This document shows, in pieces, positions 24,944 through 37,772 of a DNA stretch of 64,000 nucleotides (its first letter is position 1; every line of letters begins with the position of its first letter). The stretch covers positions 806,001 through 870,000 of the forward strand of contig CM082582.2 in assembly GCA_040954595.2 (NCBI GenBank), read 5' to 3'. Source of the DNA: Balanoglossus misakiensis. Taxonomy: Eukaryota; Animalia; Hemichordata. The translations under genes were made by a program, and so were the position numbers. The notes below the pieces were generated by a model. That model made no database searches and had not been told where the DNA came from. It saw nothing but the letters and a program-made list of their open reading frames with translations.

Positions 24944-25242
24944 GTTTCTGCTGTTCCAAGAACTAGGCTTATCATGAGTGTAATTGATCATATCAGTTAT
25001 TATGCCTATGGATACCATCTCATGACTCCTGTCCTATCTTGTAGTGTTTCTTGACAGTGATCTAGTCTATTCACATGTATCAGAAAACAAGCACTTAACA
25101 ATATCTGGATTTCTCATGAATATGTGACAGATATTAACATCTAGTAGTGCATTTACCTAAATGTACCAGTGTATGCATATGGGGTGTGGACCAGTTGTTT
25201 AATTTACAAACATTTGTTATTCTTTCATTTTTTTTTCTTCAG

Positions 25243-25383
25243 ATAAACACGCTCCTGAAGTCATTTACTGTCCCAATACGACCCGTATAATTAGTCCTAA
25301 TAGCTTGACAACAGGAGTATGGCAGGAGCCTATATTTACAGATGATGTCGCCATTGCCAATGTGACACAAACCTACACAATGG
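25243..25383 (+). CDS. Exon: HYR domain N-half
   Basis: DKHAPEVIYCP...WQEPIFTDD; 141 nt phase 1-1. Confidence 0.85.
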
Positions 25384-26086
25384 GTAAGTTTCCTATAAAA
25401 TATCATTTCTGATTATAGATAATATATAACATTCACACTAACTAAGTTTTTTTTATCGGGGTGGGGTGGGGAGTTGATCTAAACAGAAACCAACAAGCTG
25501 AGACAACTTTCCTAAGATTATTGTCAGTATGAAGCATACTGGTACAGTTTATTCTTGTGGCCGTTACAATATATGGCTAGCACATCCTATGTGCGACAGA
25601 TGATCTTGCTTCCAAGTATTAAAGCCTCAATTGCTGATACTATTACCATATGTCTATAGGCCCTTTCCTCGATCCCAGGGCAGTACAATGAAGTTAAAAC
25701 TCGAAAGCATTTGTGTTTGCACGTAATTGTTTATTGGAAACAAAAGATTTGACCAACTGTTGAGCAAGGCCTTTAATCAGTAAAGTACTTAATATTCTCC
25801 ACTACTACTGGGGATACCCATACCACAAATGTTGTGTTCTCTTACAATGGGCAGTTGAATAAACGTGTGCGGCACCATATCTGTTTAGTATACATATCTT
25901 GTTCATGTTTATATGTACAGTCACAATCAGGAGTTGATAATATGCCTGTGTATACCCACCAGATAGCTCACTTAAATGGACCATTCTAAGTTTGAATAGA
26001 AAATCATGACAAACATTCAAGAAACGGAAGCTATTTTGGCTTTAGCACCCATGCCTGTAATGATGTGCATAATTTTGTTCTTACAG

Positions 26087-26182
26087 GTGACACCTTTTCC
26101 TGGGGAACCTACCAGATCAGCTATGTTGCTTCAGATACAGCTGGCAACAATGCACAGTGCAACTTTTTACTCTATGTACTGC
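26087..26182 (+). CDS. Exon: HYR domain C-half
   Basis: GDTFSWGTYQISYVASDTAGNNAQCNF; 96 nt. Confidence 0.85.
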
Positions 26183-26279
26183 GTGAGTGAATTTTTTTAT
26201 CATTCCTACATAAACTTTACAAATTAATTAATATCTTGACAAATTGTCATCTCTACCCCTTGTTATGTCTTGTCACATA

Positions 26280-26469
26280 CTGTAAAACGGGACATTTTCG
26301 TGACAGAAAATATTTTGCAATATATCAAAAGAGGCAACTGTGACACGAGAATTAAATTTCTGCATTCTAGTATTTTACTAACTACTCTGTTATCTCTGAA
26401 AAACATTTTATGCGACTTTATCTTCTTCTTCTTTTTTGCCGAAGTTTGGGAAAATTTGCCGTTTTACAG
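26280..26469. mobile_element. TA-flanked intronic MITE (CTGTAAAACGG...CCGTTTTACAG); related copy 28331-28538
   Basis: Short TIRs with TA on both sides. Confidence 0.55.
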
Positions 26470-27182
26470 TAATATGATTGCATCATTATCACTTTTGTCC
26501 CTATGTAACTATCAAAAATTATAACAACATCATTCAGAACATACAAGGACACTCAAACCCGTCTAAAACAAACCCTGTCTAATCGGGAAACCTCTCTTCA
26601 ACCAACAGCTTTTCCTAGTCCCTTTTACATAGAAACATGTTAATGTGTTGGTGTTCTGTTTAAAAGATTTGACTGTGTAATAAATATGGGTGTCACACAT
26701 ACACCATTAAGACAGTTCTGAAGCATCTCAGAATTGATACTGTCTTAAAAAAAACATGTGTGGACGGTGTAAGTGGTCCTGAAACGTCTCAGATTTTAGA
26801 CGGCTCTGCCAGCCAGACCTGAGCCGGTGTAAGGATTAACACCTCTCCGCAACCCATTGTCTATGGGGCCGAGCCTCAGCGCCCATACATAAACTTTGTG
26901 TGTGTGGACACAACATGACTCAAAGGATTAATGCTCTGTGGTTAGCACTGGCAAATAGTGTCTCAAATTTTACCCTGTGTGAACCTGGTAAAAGAGGCAT
27001 TGTGCCCTAGTGGCTAGGGTTGTGGGTTCGTTACCTAGACCTGGACATTTGGGTAGTATTTGCCTGTTGGATGATATATGAGACACAGACATTTGGGTAG
27101 TATTTGCCTGTTGGATGATAGATGAAATAAAATTAAAAATATATATATAGACAAATAAACTGTGTTCTCCTTTCTTTTACAT

Positions 27183-27383
27183 CATTTGATTGTGAAAAGC
27201 CAGCACCACCAGTTAAAGGTATTTCCATCTGTAATGAGTTTGAGTCGGGTGTGTTCTGTCAGGTGGATTGTTTACCAGGGTACAAGTTTGCAAGCCTGCC
27301 AGCACCTTACTATCTCTGCCATAGTGAAGGATCTTTTAATCCTGAGAATCCAGACGAGGAATTCACCTTCCATGGATGTTCAG
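27183..27383 (+). CDS. Exon: sushi/CCP domain (acceptor reads AT)
   Basis: FDCEKPAPPVKG...CQVDCLPGYKF...YYLC...GCS; 201 nt phase 1-1. Confidence 0.8.
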
Positions 27384-27786
27384 GTGAGAAAAAAATGATT
27401 TGGTATCAGTAAAGAAATATAATCAGGTTGCACATGCACATTCAGAAAATTCTCCAAAGAGAGAGAGTTGTGAGAGGGGGTATTCCAGCATTGAGACAAT
27501 TTTCTTTTAGTTATAAATGAAAACAGAAATATGAGTAATGCAAATTCTTGCTTTACAGTATGTCAAGGTTGTGATTACAGGTAGATAATCTGTTAACATC
27601 ATATCTGCTTACCCCAATATAAAGCTCCAGTACATTTGAGCTATTTTCTTAATATTTTGTTCTGGGTAAGCAGCTGTAACTTTCCTGATTGGCTAAGCGG
27701 TTTAGCAGTCTAAGTCAATACATCGTTCGCTAGATTGAAAATTGCATCTTTAACAAAATTTGTTTGTTTGTATTGTTCTACTGCAG

Positions 27787-28039
27787 CTCCTGGGAAGACT
27801 CAACGTGGAGTGAATTGTGGCGTGTCATACAATTCACAGGCTGGTACATGTAACAATGGTGTCATCCAGCAATTGAGGATCAGTTTTATGAACACTATCA
27901 ACTATCTGAATGATTTGTTTGGTATTTGTGGCGGTGAATGCAACTTTGATGACCTTGAAATAACCTGCGGCGCCTCAAACCGAAGAAAGAGACAGGCTGA
28001 TACTCAGCTTGTGGTTCAGTTCAGTTTCACAACCAATGC
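27787..28039 (+). CDS. Exon: SEA-like region with RRKR furin-type site
   Basis: ITCGASNRRKRQAD; ctgcag| and |gtgagt. Confidence 0.8.
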
Positions 28040-28607
28040 GTGAGTAGTAATTGTTATTTTTCGAGTATTTTATTCCCCTTCTGTTCTATTGAAATGACTT
28101 TGGTGACATGTCTAGGGTACTGATCCCAGGCTGTGTGAGGACCAGCTCTGTATTCCCTATACAGCTGGTGTTTGCATTATTGCAAAATATTCCATTCATG
28201 CAAGTGAAAACAAATTATTTTGTGTCTTAACACTCAAACATTTTCAGTTTTTGGCAACCCCATCAGTTCTGCCCACCTTCCTTCATGTTGCGGCATCCTG
28301 TATTCTAAAGATTCATGCATTCGAAATATACTGCAAAACGTGTTATTTTCGCGAGCAGTAAATTTCTGCAAAACATGCGCTGGTCAAAAAAACGTTAAAA
28401 TAAAAAGTTGTGTAAAATGTTTTTGGAGATAATGATGCAGTTAGTGAAATACGAGAACTCGAAAATTCGTCCTCACGTAACAGTCGCCTCTTTTAATATC
28501 GCGAAAATTTCCTGTCGTGAAAACAACCCAGTTTACAGTACACACTTCCGGTTGGTATTGTAATGTGGCATATGTAAGAATTTTTTGCATGTTGTTTTAT
28601 CCATTAG

Positions 28608-28756
28608 CTCTGCTGATGCTGCAGCTGTAGTTATTGAAGATGCAGTCAACTATGGTCCTTTTGATACAGCTGAATATTCGGTCGACGCTGAGACATTACA
28701 AGTTGAAAGTACAATATTCTGTTCCAATGGTAGTGTTCTTGTTGGAGAAGAATGTG
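28608..28756 (+). CDS. Exon: end of SEA-like region
   Basis: FCSNGSVLVGEEC; phase 2-1. Confidence 0.8.
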
Positions 28757-28793
28757 GTGAGTGCCTATACTCCTCAGTTGTTATGTACTTTAA

Positions 28794-28878
28794 CCCTTTC
28801 ACTCCCAGTTTCCTCTATAGAGGTCAAACCTTACCATAGAAAACAATTGGTTTGGACTGAACCATGGTGGTGAAAGGA
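28794..28878. mobile_element. Tiny piggyBac-like MITE relic
   Basis: TTAA-CCCTTTCAC...GTGAAAGGA-TTAA. Confidence 0.5.
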
Positions 28879-29350
28879 TTAAAACTGTGTCCAAAATTAA
28901 TATTATAAAAAGGTGTAGATGTTAATATGTTTATATCGCCTGATATGACCTGTTAGGTGGGCCGTATTGCTGCGAGTGTGGTTGTGAGTCGCAGTGTACA
29001 AATTAAAGACAAGTGTGAGTGGTAAATACAACCCAACCAAGAGGTGATATAAGGAAATAATTGATTTGATATGCTCATACCAAGGAGGGACAAAGTCTCT
29101 TTCTCGCTGCCCTTTTTCCATTAATTATGTTTGATAGAAGACACAGTTAATGTTATTCTACATGTGGATATATAGTGAATCAACATTCAACCACACACAA
29201 CTGCAATCCCACTTGTAGACACAAGAGTGAAAAACTGGCCAAAATGAATGCTGTGTGTTACAATTGTAGTTGTGTTTTAAACCATTAATGCATAATGATC
29301 AGTACATGAACAATGTATACATCTGCCTTCAACATTTTGTATTTCCACAG

Positions 29351-29512
29351 TATTGTGTCCTGAAGGGTCGTACCATGACACTGAGCTGAGTCAGTGCCAT
29401 CCTTGTGCAATTGGATATTATCAACCCCTTGAAGGACAAACAGCATGCAATGCCTGTCCAAATAATGGAGTCACCAGGGGAAAGAGATCATTATCCATCT
29501 TGCAGTGTTTTG
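29351..29512 (+). CDS. Exon: Ephrin_rec_like (GCC2/GCC3) repeat 1
   Basis: CPEGSYHD...CHPCAIGYYQPLEGQTACNACP; 162 nt. Confidence 0.85.
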
Positions 29513-29772
29513 TTATGTATAACAGAAGGCAATATCTCCTCCTCGTCCACAGCCATAGCCTAGTATCTAGCCGTATTTTGTCCGCTTTGCTTCCAAAACT
29601 AGCGTCTAGCCTCACTCATGCCACTGGCCCGATAAAACCCCATACCCCTTGACGGGAATTGTGACGTATATATCAAATTATTGTGGTGTGATCCAATATG
29701 GAAAGAATGACAATTGGAATGTTCATCTCTTTGGTTGAAAAAATAATTTTTCAACAATGATGTCTATTGCAG

Positions 29773-29934
29773 AGAGGTGCGATGTTGGTCACTACTTTGA
29801 CAACGGGACTTCTTAGTGCCAAAGCTGCCCCATTGGATTCTGGCAATCAGAAGAAGGAAAGTTTGTGTGTAATACTTGCCCAAAGGAAATGCTTACATTA
29901 GTTGAAGGAGCTACTGATGAGTCACAATGTCAGG
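29773..29934 (+). CDS. Exon: Ephrin_rec_like repeat 2 with in-frame stop
   Basis: RCDVGHYFDNGTS*CQSCPIGFWQSEEGKFVCNTCP; 162 nt. Confidence 0.8.
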
Positions 29935-30178
29935 TTAGGTACTTGTGTTATTTGCTATTCTTGACTACTAATCACATGATCTGGCCATGTGACGTACCCA
30001 TGGCGTTATCATTTGTAAGTGACAGGCAAGCAATATTTCGGCATCCAGTAAACTTTTTTCCGAGTAGGTTTTTACTTTAGAACCGCCAGATATGTAACAT
30101 ATTCAACAGTTTAACAAATTCACGTGAGTGAAAAGCAGATAATCGTGAATATCAAAAAATTAATCTTCTCAATTACAG

Positions 30179-30346
30179 AGGTATGTAAATCAGTGGGAGT
30201 CCAACTTAGTGTCAATGGGTCTTGTGAGTCGTGTCCCATGGGAACCTATCGATCAAATGCTGAACTTCAGCCATCTTGTATGCCGTGCCCATTTGGCTTC
30301 ACCACAAGAGCAGTCGGTTCAACCTTAAGTGAAGATTGTAATGTTT
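30179..30346 (+). CDS. Exon: Ephrin_rec_like repeat 3
   Basis: CESCPMGTYRSN...CMPCPFGFTT. Confidence 0.85.
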
Positions 30347-30483
30347 GTAAGTATTATGTATACAACTTTTCATGTTGTATCTCAACTGTACTGAACTGAA
30401 GGTTGTATTATTGTGCCTCAGTTGTTCAGAATAATGATAGTCCTCCAATTTTATTCTATGCTCTTTTTCCATTCCATCAACAG

Positions 30484-30645
30484 CTTACTGCAATGTTGGT
30501 TGGTACTTGAATCAGGAGTCCTATAGATGTGAGAAATGCCCTGTTGGAACATATAACTTTGAATTCAACCAGGATGCTTGTCAACCATGCCCAACTGGCT
30601 ACACTACAGGCAGAGAGGGTGCCCTATATGAAACAGAATGTGATG
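30484..30645 (+). CDS. Exon: Ephrin_rec_like repeat 4
   Basis: YCNVGWYLN...CEKCPVGTYNFEFNQDACQPCP; 162 nt. Confidence 0.85.
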
Positions 30646-30950
30646 GTAGGAATAATTTTTCATAATCATAGAACTGATAACATGCATGAAGTGCTTGTGG
30701 AGATCAACCTTAACTGTTCAATCTGACACAAACACTTCATTATAAGAAATTTTCTTCTTTATTTAGAGTATCATTTGATATGTTGTGTGATCCAACATTT
30801 TTATATAATTTAATAATGCTCCTCCTTTAACACCTTTTCTGAAAATTTCACGGAAATAACAATATTGTAATACTGTTTTCTCAGAATTCTACATGTTAGG
30901 CTACGGAATGTGATAACCATGCACTGCATCTGGGTAGTCATCTAACTTAA

Positions 30951-31133
30951 AGGTATACAGTCACCTCCAATTTACAAACGCCCATATATGGCTGAAATGG
31001 AGTATATGAGAGTTCTAAAGAACATATGGTGGCGCTCTTTTTTGCATGTGCCACCCACTGAAAATCTGTGATTGGCTAGATCTCCTTTTGCCATGGTAAC
31101 TATAGCTAATTTTCCATAGGTGACCGTATACCT
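30951..31133. mobile_element. TTAA-flanked MITE (Kolobok-like AGG termini)
   Basis: TIR AGGTATACAGTCACCT / AGGTGACCGTATACCT, TTAA on both sides. Confidence 0.7.
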
Positions 31134-31213
31134 TTAACTGGTGATATGTATGAAGATCCCATAGTTTTATTTGGTGGTCAGTTAAAGACATTGCAAGAAT
31201 TTTTGTTTTCTAG

Positions 31214-31336
31214 ATGCACATGAATGTCGTCTTGGTCTGGATGACTGTCACCCAAATGCCACTTGCAGGAATCTTGTACCAGGATATGAATGCACTTGCA
31301 AAACTGGTTTCACTGGTGATGGAATAACTTGTACAG
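31214..31336 (+). CDS. Exon: calcium-binding EGF
   Basis: DAHECRLGLDDCHPNATCRNLVPGYECTCKTGFTGDGITCT. Confidence 0.88.
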
Positions 31337-31630
31337 GTATGTAACTATCTACAACTGAAATGTCAACAGAAATATGTACATCTAAAACGTAGACACTACT
31401 GTTGATTTAGTATAGCTCTTGCTGCCCTTTTTTCCATTAATTATGTTTGATACAAGACACTGTTTATGTTATTCACCCGGTACATGTGGATATATAGTGA
31501 ATCAATGTTCGACAGCACACAACTTCCATTCCGTTTGTAAGAAATGAATCTGCAAGTGGGTTTAGTTCTTGTCTAATACAAATGGTTCGTCAGGTAGAAT
31601 AATGTGATGTGATTTTATTCTTGTGTCTAG

Positions 31631-31759
31631 ATAAATGTGAAGGGTTCTGCTCAAACAATGCTGTTTGCATCAAGGACAGTGATGGCAATCCTGTTTGTGA
31701 ATGTACTGATGAATATCAAGGTGAAACTTGCCGCCAGAGAATACCAATGCAAGTTAAAG
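31631..31759 (+). CDS. Exon: EGF domain
   Basis: DKCEGFCSNNAVC...CECTDEYQGETC. Confidence 0.88.
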
Positions 31760-32026
31760 GTGTGTATACATTTCTTTGTCTTTTAATAACTCAAGATTGA
31801 AAAACAATATTCACTAAAGTTTACACATTTGTTTGATCTACATGATTACAGTTTACGTTGTCTTGAAAATATTTGTGAAAATGGTGAAACTGCAACATCT
31901 GCAGTATAACTAGATTTTTGGTCAACTAACCATTTTACAATAGTTAAGCATCATAATGAATGGTTTTCTTGCTTTTATCGTAGCATATCGCCCCCGTGAC
32001 AAATAGAAATATTTAAACTCTTACAG

Positions 32027-32123
32027 ATTCCTCCGTTGACACAGCTGTCATCATTGGTGGTGTTGCGGGAGGTTTAGCGGCTGTGTTAGTGCTTGGTGTA
32101 ATAATGTTACTCATGTACCAACG
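32027..32123 (+). CDS. Exon: transmembrane helix
   Basis: AVIIGGVAGGLAAVLVLGVIMLLMYQR. Confidence 0.85.
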
Positions 32124-32475
32124 GTAAGTTATTTAGTACTACCAGAGTAGAATCGAGACAGCTGTAGACATGTTGCCCATCAGAAAACTGTGAATTTACC
32201 TGTATCTTTCCATACATGCATGAGGCAACGTGAAAAATAATCACATCTGTATCGTGGAAGCAAATTTATTCAAAGAGTTCATGCATAGACCTATTAGCGT
32301 ATAGGGTAACTGCAGTGCATCATGGTATAATTTGCGTTCAACATGCATGGCGGCTAACAAGGCAAAGTCACGCGACCAGACCGCAAAGTGTCCAACAACC
32401 ACCTGCGTTATTCTACAGTAGTAACAACATCACAACAAATCCCACATTGATGATGTTCAACTATTTGACATTCAG

Positions 32476-32740
32476 GTGTGCTCTTGGAGGAAAGAAACAT
32501 CCAGGCTGGGAAGAACAAGAGGCAACTATGGATATCCATTGGTTTGATGATACAGATGATGTTGATAGCAAGGCAGGGAAAAGTGTGGAAGATGAGGAAG
32601 CCTTCAGAGAAATCTATCACTACAATCCCATGTATAGTGGCGACAGTGGTAGTGCCAGTGGAAGTGAGGAATGGAGACCAAGGCCTCTTAAGAGTAGAAA
32701 TGAACTATTTCATGAGAGTCACGGAGACAGATACTTCTAA
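32476..32740 (+). CDS. Terminal exon: cytoplasmic tail with YNPMY (NPxY) motif
   Basis: ttcag| acceptor phase 2, stop TAA at 32738-32740. Confidence 0.8.
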
Positions 32741-34373
32741 TGTGCCATCTCTGTGTGTACATGTATGGTATAATTCAAATGATAACTAGAATGGTTTCAT
32801 TTTGTGAGTTGACACAGTACTGTGATAAGCTTGGTATAATCCCATAAATGATAACAATAATAGTTATGCTTTGTCAGACGACAGTACTGTGATAAGCGCA
32901 CATTAAATTGGTTGGAGTGAAACAGATCTTTATTATTACACTCTTAGCAACATCTGAATGAAATGATCATAAATAATCATCTTTAAAGTATGTTGGTTAT
33001 AAGGCTATATATTTTACATATTTTAAAGAATTTTCCTTAAAAATTTGTTATGACTTAAGGTATTGTGTAATGAAAAAGATATGATAATACGAGAATTCCT
33101 AAACAACAACATATTTTTGTTGAATTTGGAGGACAAATTTAACTGTGTACCAATTCAGCTCTCCCTTTGCATGCTGACTTGCTTCTGTATTCATACAAGG
33201 CAGCATTTATCCTTAACTTGATCAGGTAGAAGGTCTTTTCATCCAAATGCATAGATTATGAATTATTTCTCTCAATATATTCAGTGACTACCTCCCGATG
33301 ATATATATCCTCCTGAATTAGTGCTTCAAATTTTGATATTTTTCTTGATATTTTTCTTTAATTTGACTTCAACCGTCACCATTCTCCAAGACTGTAAAAG
33401 AAGGGAGATGATGATTAACTATTATCAATTGTTTTGCCCCTTGTACTGTCTTTACAACTGGCCGTATAAATCTGATATTTGTTTGGCATGCGAATTTTGG
33501 AATATGGATGTGTATGATCACAATTATAAGATCCTCAAAATAAAAGATCCTATCATTTCATTTGGTTAATAACCAGTTCATAGGTGAATGGAAATATAGT
33601 TACTCACTTTGAGACCTGACATGTATATATAATAATTCAAAGTATTTATTCGCATATTTTTATATTATTCATGGTGTTATAGATCAATGGAAATTTTTCA
33701 AATTAAATTCATGTATATAAAATGTAGCAATGTAATGTCATATGTGAAACCCTTAATCTTGATATTGTAATTCATTGTAGAATATGATTATATTGTGTTA
33801 TTCACTCAACTTGTGCATGTATGTTTAAGATTCATGCAAAATTACTTTTTTATACAAACTGTTCCTTTTTGTGTTGTTCGGAGGTGACAACTCATCAACA
33901 ATGAAATAAGTTTGGGAAATTTTTGAACAAAGTCATGAAGTGGAAGTACTATAAATACGTTTAATATCTGTTTGAGTTGTCCTGCCAGAAGTCAACATTT
34001 TTAGCTTATACAAATACTGGTGCAACTACAGAACAGTTGAAGAATTTCATCATTATATTTAAGTTTTAATTACAAGTATATCAATTGTACCTTTTCCTTA
34101 TATTAAAGCATATTTTTATTATAATATTTAACTGAGTTCTTTGTCTACTTTTTTAAACTGACAATTTGTCAGTCATCACCATAACCCTGGAGTGTATTTC
34201 ACTGTGTCCAGAGATTCTTCTGTAGTTGTTATAATAAGACATCAAACCAGGTCCAATAATCAATATTACTAAAGCTAAGCTAATTACCAGGTCCAGGTTC
34301 AAAAAAGAAATAAGAGAAAAAACTTACAATTTCAACAGGATCATCTTGAACCACTGCTAAGTGGTAGTACTCG

Positions 34374-34823
34374 CACAGGGGGGCTGCAAACATGAAAGTT
34401 ATAAATGGCGGAGTTCCTGCATTTTCCCCCAATAAACATTAATTGATGAACAGTCTTTGCGCTTGTTTATTTTTCTGTGTTACCTCCACCTGTCTTAGCA
34501 GTTGCTAATCCAGAATACAAACTATTGCATTTCCCATTAAGCACCTGCTAACGACTTAATCTGTGTGCCCCATCCACGGATTTAGTGGATTAAGTAAACA
34601 TCGGTCAGTTCTCACTTGGTAAGAGAATACCCAGTACTCGCTGACCGATGTTTACTTTATTAACTTAATCCGTGGATGGGGCACACAGATTAAGTCGTTA
34701 GCAGGTGATTAATGGGAAATGGATAGCTTTTATTCTGGATTAGCAAATGATAAGACAGGTTGGGAAAACGCAGAATGGAACGTACTTCGCCATTTATAAC
34801 TTTCATGTTTGCAGCCCCCTGTG
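34374..34823. mobile_element. Almost fully palindromic MITE with 7-bp TSD-like flanks
   Basis: CACAGGGGG(G)CTGCAAACATGAAAGTTATAAATGGCG / CGCCATTTATAACTTTCATGTTTGCAGCCCCCTGTG; flanks GTACTCG / GTACTAG. Confidence 0.8.
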
Positions 34824-37439
34824 GTACTAGGTGTCGGAAATGGGTAAGCACACCCTTCCAGCATGCTACACCCGTTAAGACTGACCCAAAGAGACAGATT
34901 TAAGTTGAATTTGACTTAACTAACAAATTACTGTTGCAAGTCAAATCCATATTTTGACTTTATCTCTGACTGAGCGCAGCGTTGTCTGAGAGACACTCCA
35001 CGTCTTCCTCTTCACAAGCAGCCCACTTGAAGTTTCAGCAACATCCATAATAGTCCTAAAGTTGAGGTGCCAGTTAAAATTAGGTTTTTGGACCAAACTG
35101 GAATAGCTGCCGAAGTTTGGTATTTCAAATGATTGTCAGGTCACCTGTTTATTATATGACTGTGAGGTTTCTAACAAAAGGGAGATGACATACAATCACA
35201 AGTGTAAATCTAATATTGAACATTACTTAAAGGGACAAATTGTTCAAATCCTCTTTTGAGCTTATTTGATCAATTTTGTTTGATAAGAAATGTGCCTATT
35301 ATGCTGTTTGACTTCTTTAAACATGCTTAAATACTGGCCAATAAATAACTCCACTATGTTTGAAATTAAACCAGATAGTACAATAATACATTCCAAATGT
35401 CATCTGTGATAACATCATGCTTTGGACTTTTTTACTTTATATATTACATAACATGTTACGGAGGGGGGGGGAGGTGAGAAAAGGAATGTGAGAAAGGAGA
35501 AGAAAAGCAAGAGGGCGGAAATGAGAATGTCAGGATGGAAAGGGAATGAGGGGAGGACTTTGACAGAAGGGGAGGGGAGAGACCGAATAAGTGAAGGTGA
35601 GAGAGGAAGTGGTTAGACAGGAAGAAAGGGAAATTAAAGCTCAATCACCACCACCACCACCACCACAATCATCATCATCACCATCATTGCCATCATCATT
35701 CTGGAGGCATCGTGGCCTGTATTTGCCCATGGGCATCATGGGCCAAAAAAACTGATTCAGTGTAAATGTGCATAAACCACACTTTTGTACGAACTCCTGT
35801 AACCGGTGACGCAAGTCGTGAGTGGATTTGTGGGCGTGTCGCGACCTTTTCTGTGAACGTGATGCAGAGTGATATATTGATGACCCCCCAGCCACCCCCA
35901 CACCCTTTGGTAACACACTTCTTAAACTTTCTTTACATAGAATGGACTTCTCAAACCTTCCTTACCAAAGTTCTGATTAAAGATATCTATCTTCTAGGGT
36001 ACTACCAACAGCGTTTCACGTGACTGTAGACAAGCATCAAGTACCTGTACACAGACAAGGGCGTGCGCGCGTCCACAATAATTTAAAACGAATGTTTCCA
36101 CCGCCGTGTGTTTTATGCACATAAACACTGAATCAGCTTTAATATTGTCCCATGATGCCCCGTGAGTTGTCAGAGTACCAAACTGACAATGCTGGAGAAA
36201 AAATGAAGTGTTGACATGCATGTTGTTGAGGGGTTTCACAATGCATGTTACGGACGCTGGTTTCTCTTAGCAATAGAGTAGAGGCGTAAGGATGGGTTGA
36301 TCTTGTGATTAAGAATTTTGGCAAAGAAACAGAAATTGTGTCATTTAGTTTTGTATTAAACCCTATTCGCGTATTTTGTGTTAAAGCACGAAATACTGCA
36401 ATAATGAGATACGGTAGTATTTAACACATATAATATATGATATAATATAGCTTTATCAATACCAGTGAATTTTGTGACGTCATTGCTGTACATTTTTTTA
36501 TCTTTTATTTAAAACGCACAATGTTACATCAACAAATCAAAAGAAGAAACGAACTGAAAACTCACATCATAGCTTCAAAATTTATTACACTTTCTGGATG
36601 GTTGCATGATTCCTAAGGCTTGTATACCTTCAACCTCAATGTCACGCGGGAGGATTGGTGTTGGGAATGTAACGGGGAATTAAACTCTATCGATGGGGAT
36701 AACTCGCTTGGCTAATACTGAGAGGTACCTATATGGAATCGTGCTGACGTCCAGATACATCGACACGAACACTGGGTATTTATGGTAGCAACTGAGAATA
36801 TAAGAATTTAATGAAATAAACCTACTCGACCACTTGCGTTCTGAGGACAAGAAGGACACAAATAGTCCGCCATCCAAAAGACCGTTCCAGCATTTTATTT
36901 TTACCCGCCAAAAGACGCGGAGATATATTTTTAGATGAATGATCCATGCATACTCTGATTGCATAGTACTTGTCTTCCTTGTGTTCCTTAAAACAATGAA
37001 TGTATTGTATTTTCTTTTCTTTTCATCAGGAATGCGATAACTTTCTTAACACTTCAAAAGTTTCTTTACTCTTCAATCACTTCTGTCTCAAGTTTAACTT
37101 TTACTTCCAAATCTCAGGTCACAAACTCTATAGACTGCTAAACAATTTTCTTCCTAGTGTTGTATGCGCCACTTGTGAATTTTTGCGAGTGAGATTCACG
37201 GGCGTTTGAGCACAAGTTATACAAAATATGTTTATCGCCATTAGAAAAACGTTCGCGTAGAATCAATGACGTCATGGTAAATTTTAGCTGCATGCTCCAA
37301 TAGGGATGATAGGGAGACTACTTGTTGTAGAGCACCTGAAAATGTACGTATTTCGTCACTTCCTTTTCGCGAAATTTAATTCTTAACGGCATCTTAGTTT
37401 TAAGATTTGTGATTCCTTTTTTCTTCAGTTGTACATTTG

Positions 37440-37740
37440 CATCACGGGATACTTCTTTGTAGACTATCGAACCTTGGCATCTCAGACACAGTACTAACAT
37501 GGTTTACATCTTACCTTCAATATAGATATCAAACTGTAATCATCGAAAACACTGCAAGTTCACAGTCACCTCTCGTATACGGGGTGCCACTGCCCCTCTG
37601 TTGTTCACCATTTATATAGCCCCACTTTATAGTAAACCGATTCGTCCCCACATCCTACAATTTCATCAGTACGCCGATGATAACCAGCGATACCTCGCCT
37701 TTTCCCATCAAGATTCAACCTCTGACGTTCCTGTCTTCTA
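37440..37740 (+). mobile_element. Degenerate L2/CR1 RT fragment
   Basis: LGISDTVLTWFTSYL..RYQTV...LVYGVP and downstream FHQYADDNQ.YLAF. Confidence 0.7.
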
Positions 37741-37772
37741 AGGATTGTTGAACTTTAATTCATGCAGTTTGT

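Larger units (their letters stand above)
24218..32740 (+). pseudogene. 5'-incomplete, disabled Uninflatable/SVEP1-like single-pass receptor gene, 14 exons
   Basis: Phase-compatible exons give pentraxin/LamG, HYR, sushi, SEA-like with RRKR, 4 Ephrin_rec_like, EGF-Ca, EGF, TM, NPxY tail; in-frame TAG 29814-29816, acceptor AT at 27181, donors TT at 29513 and 29935. Confidence 0.8.

Noticed and set aside
24630-24977. Poly-His ORF
   Set aside because: Intronic (CAT)n microsatellite
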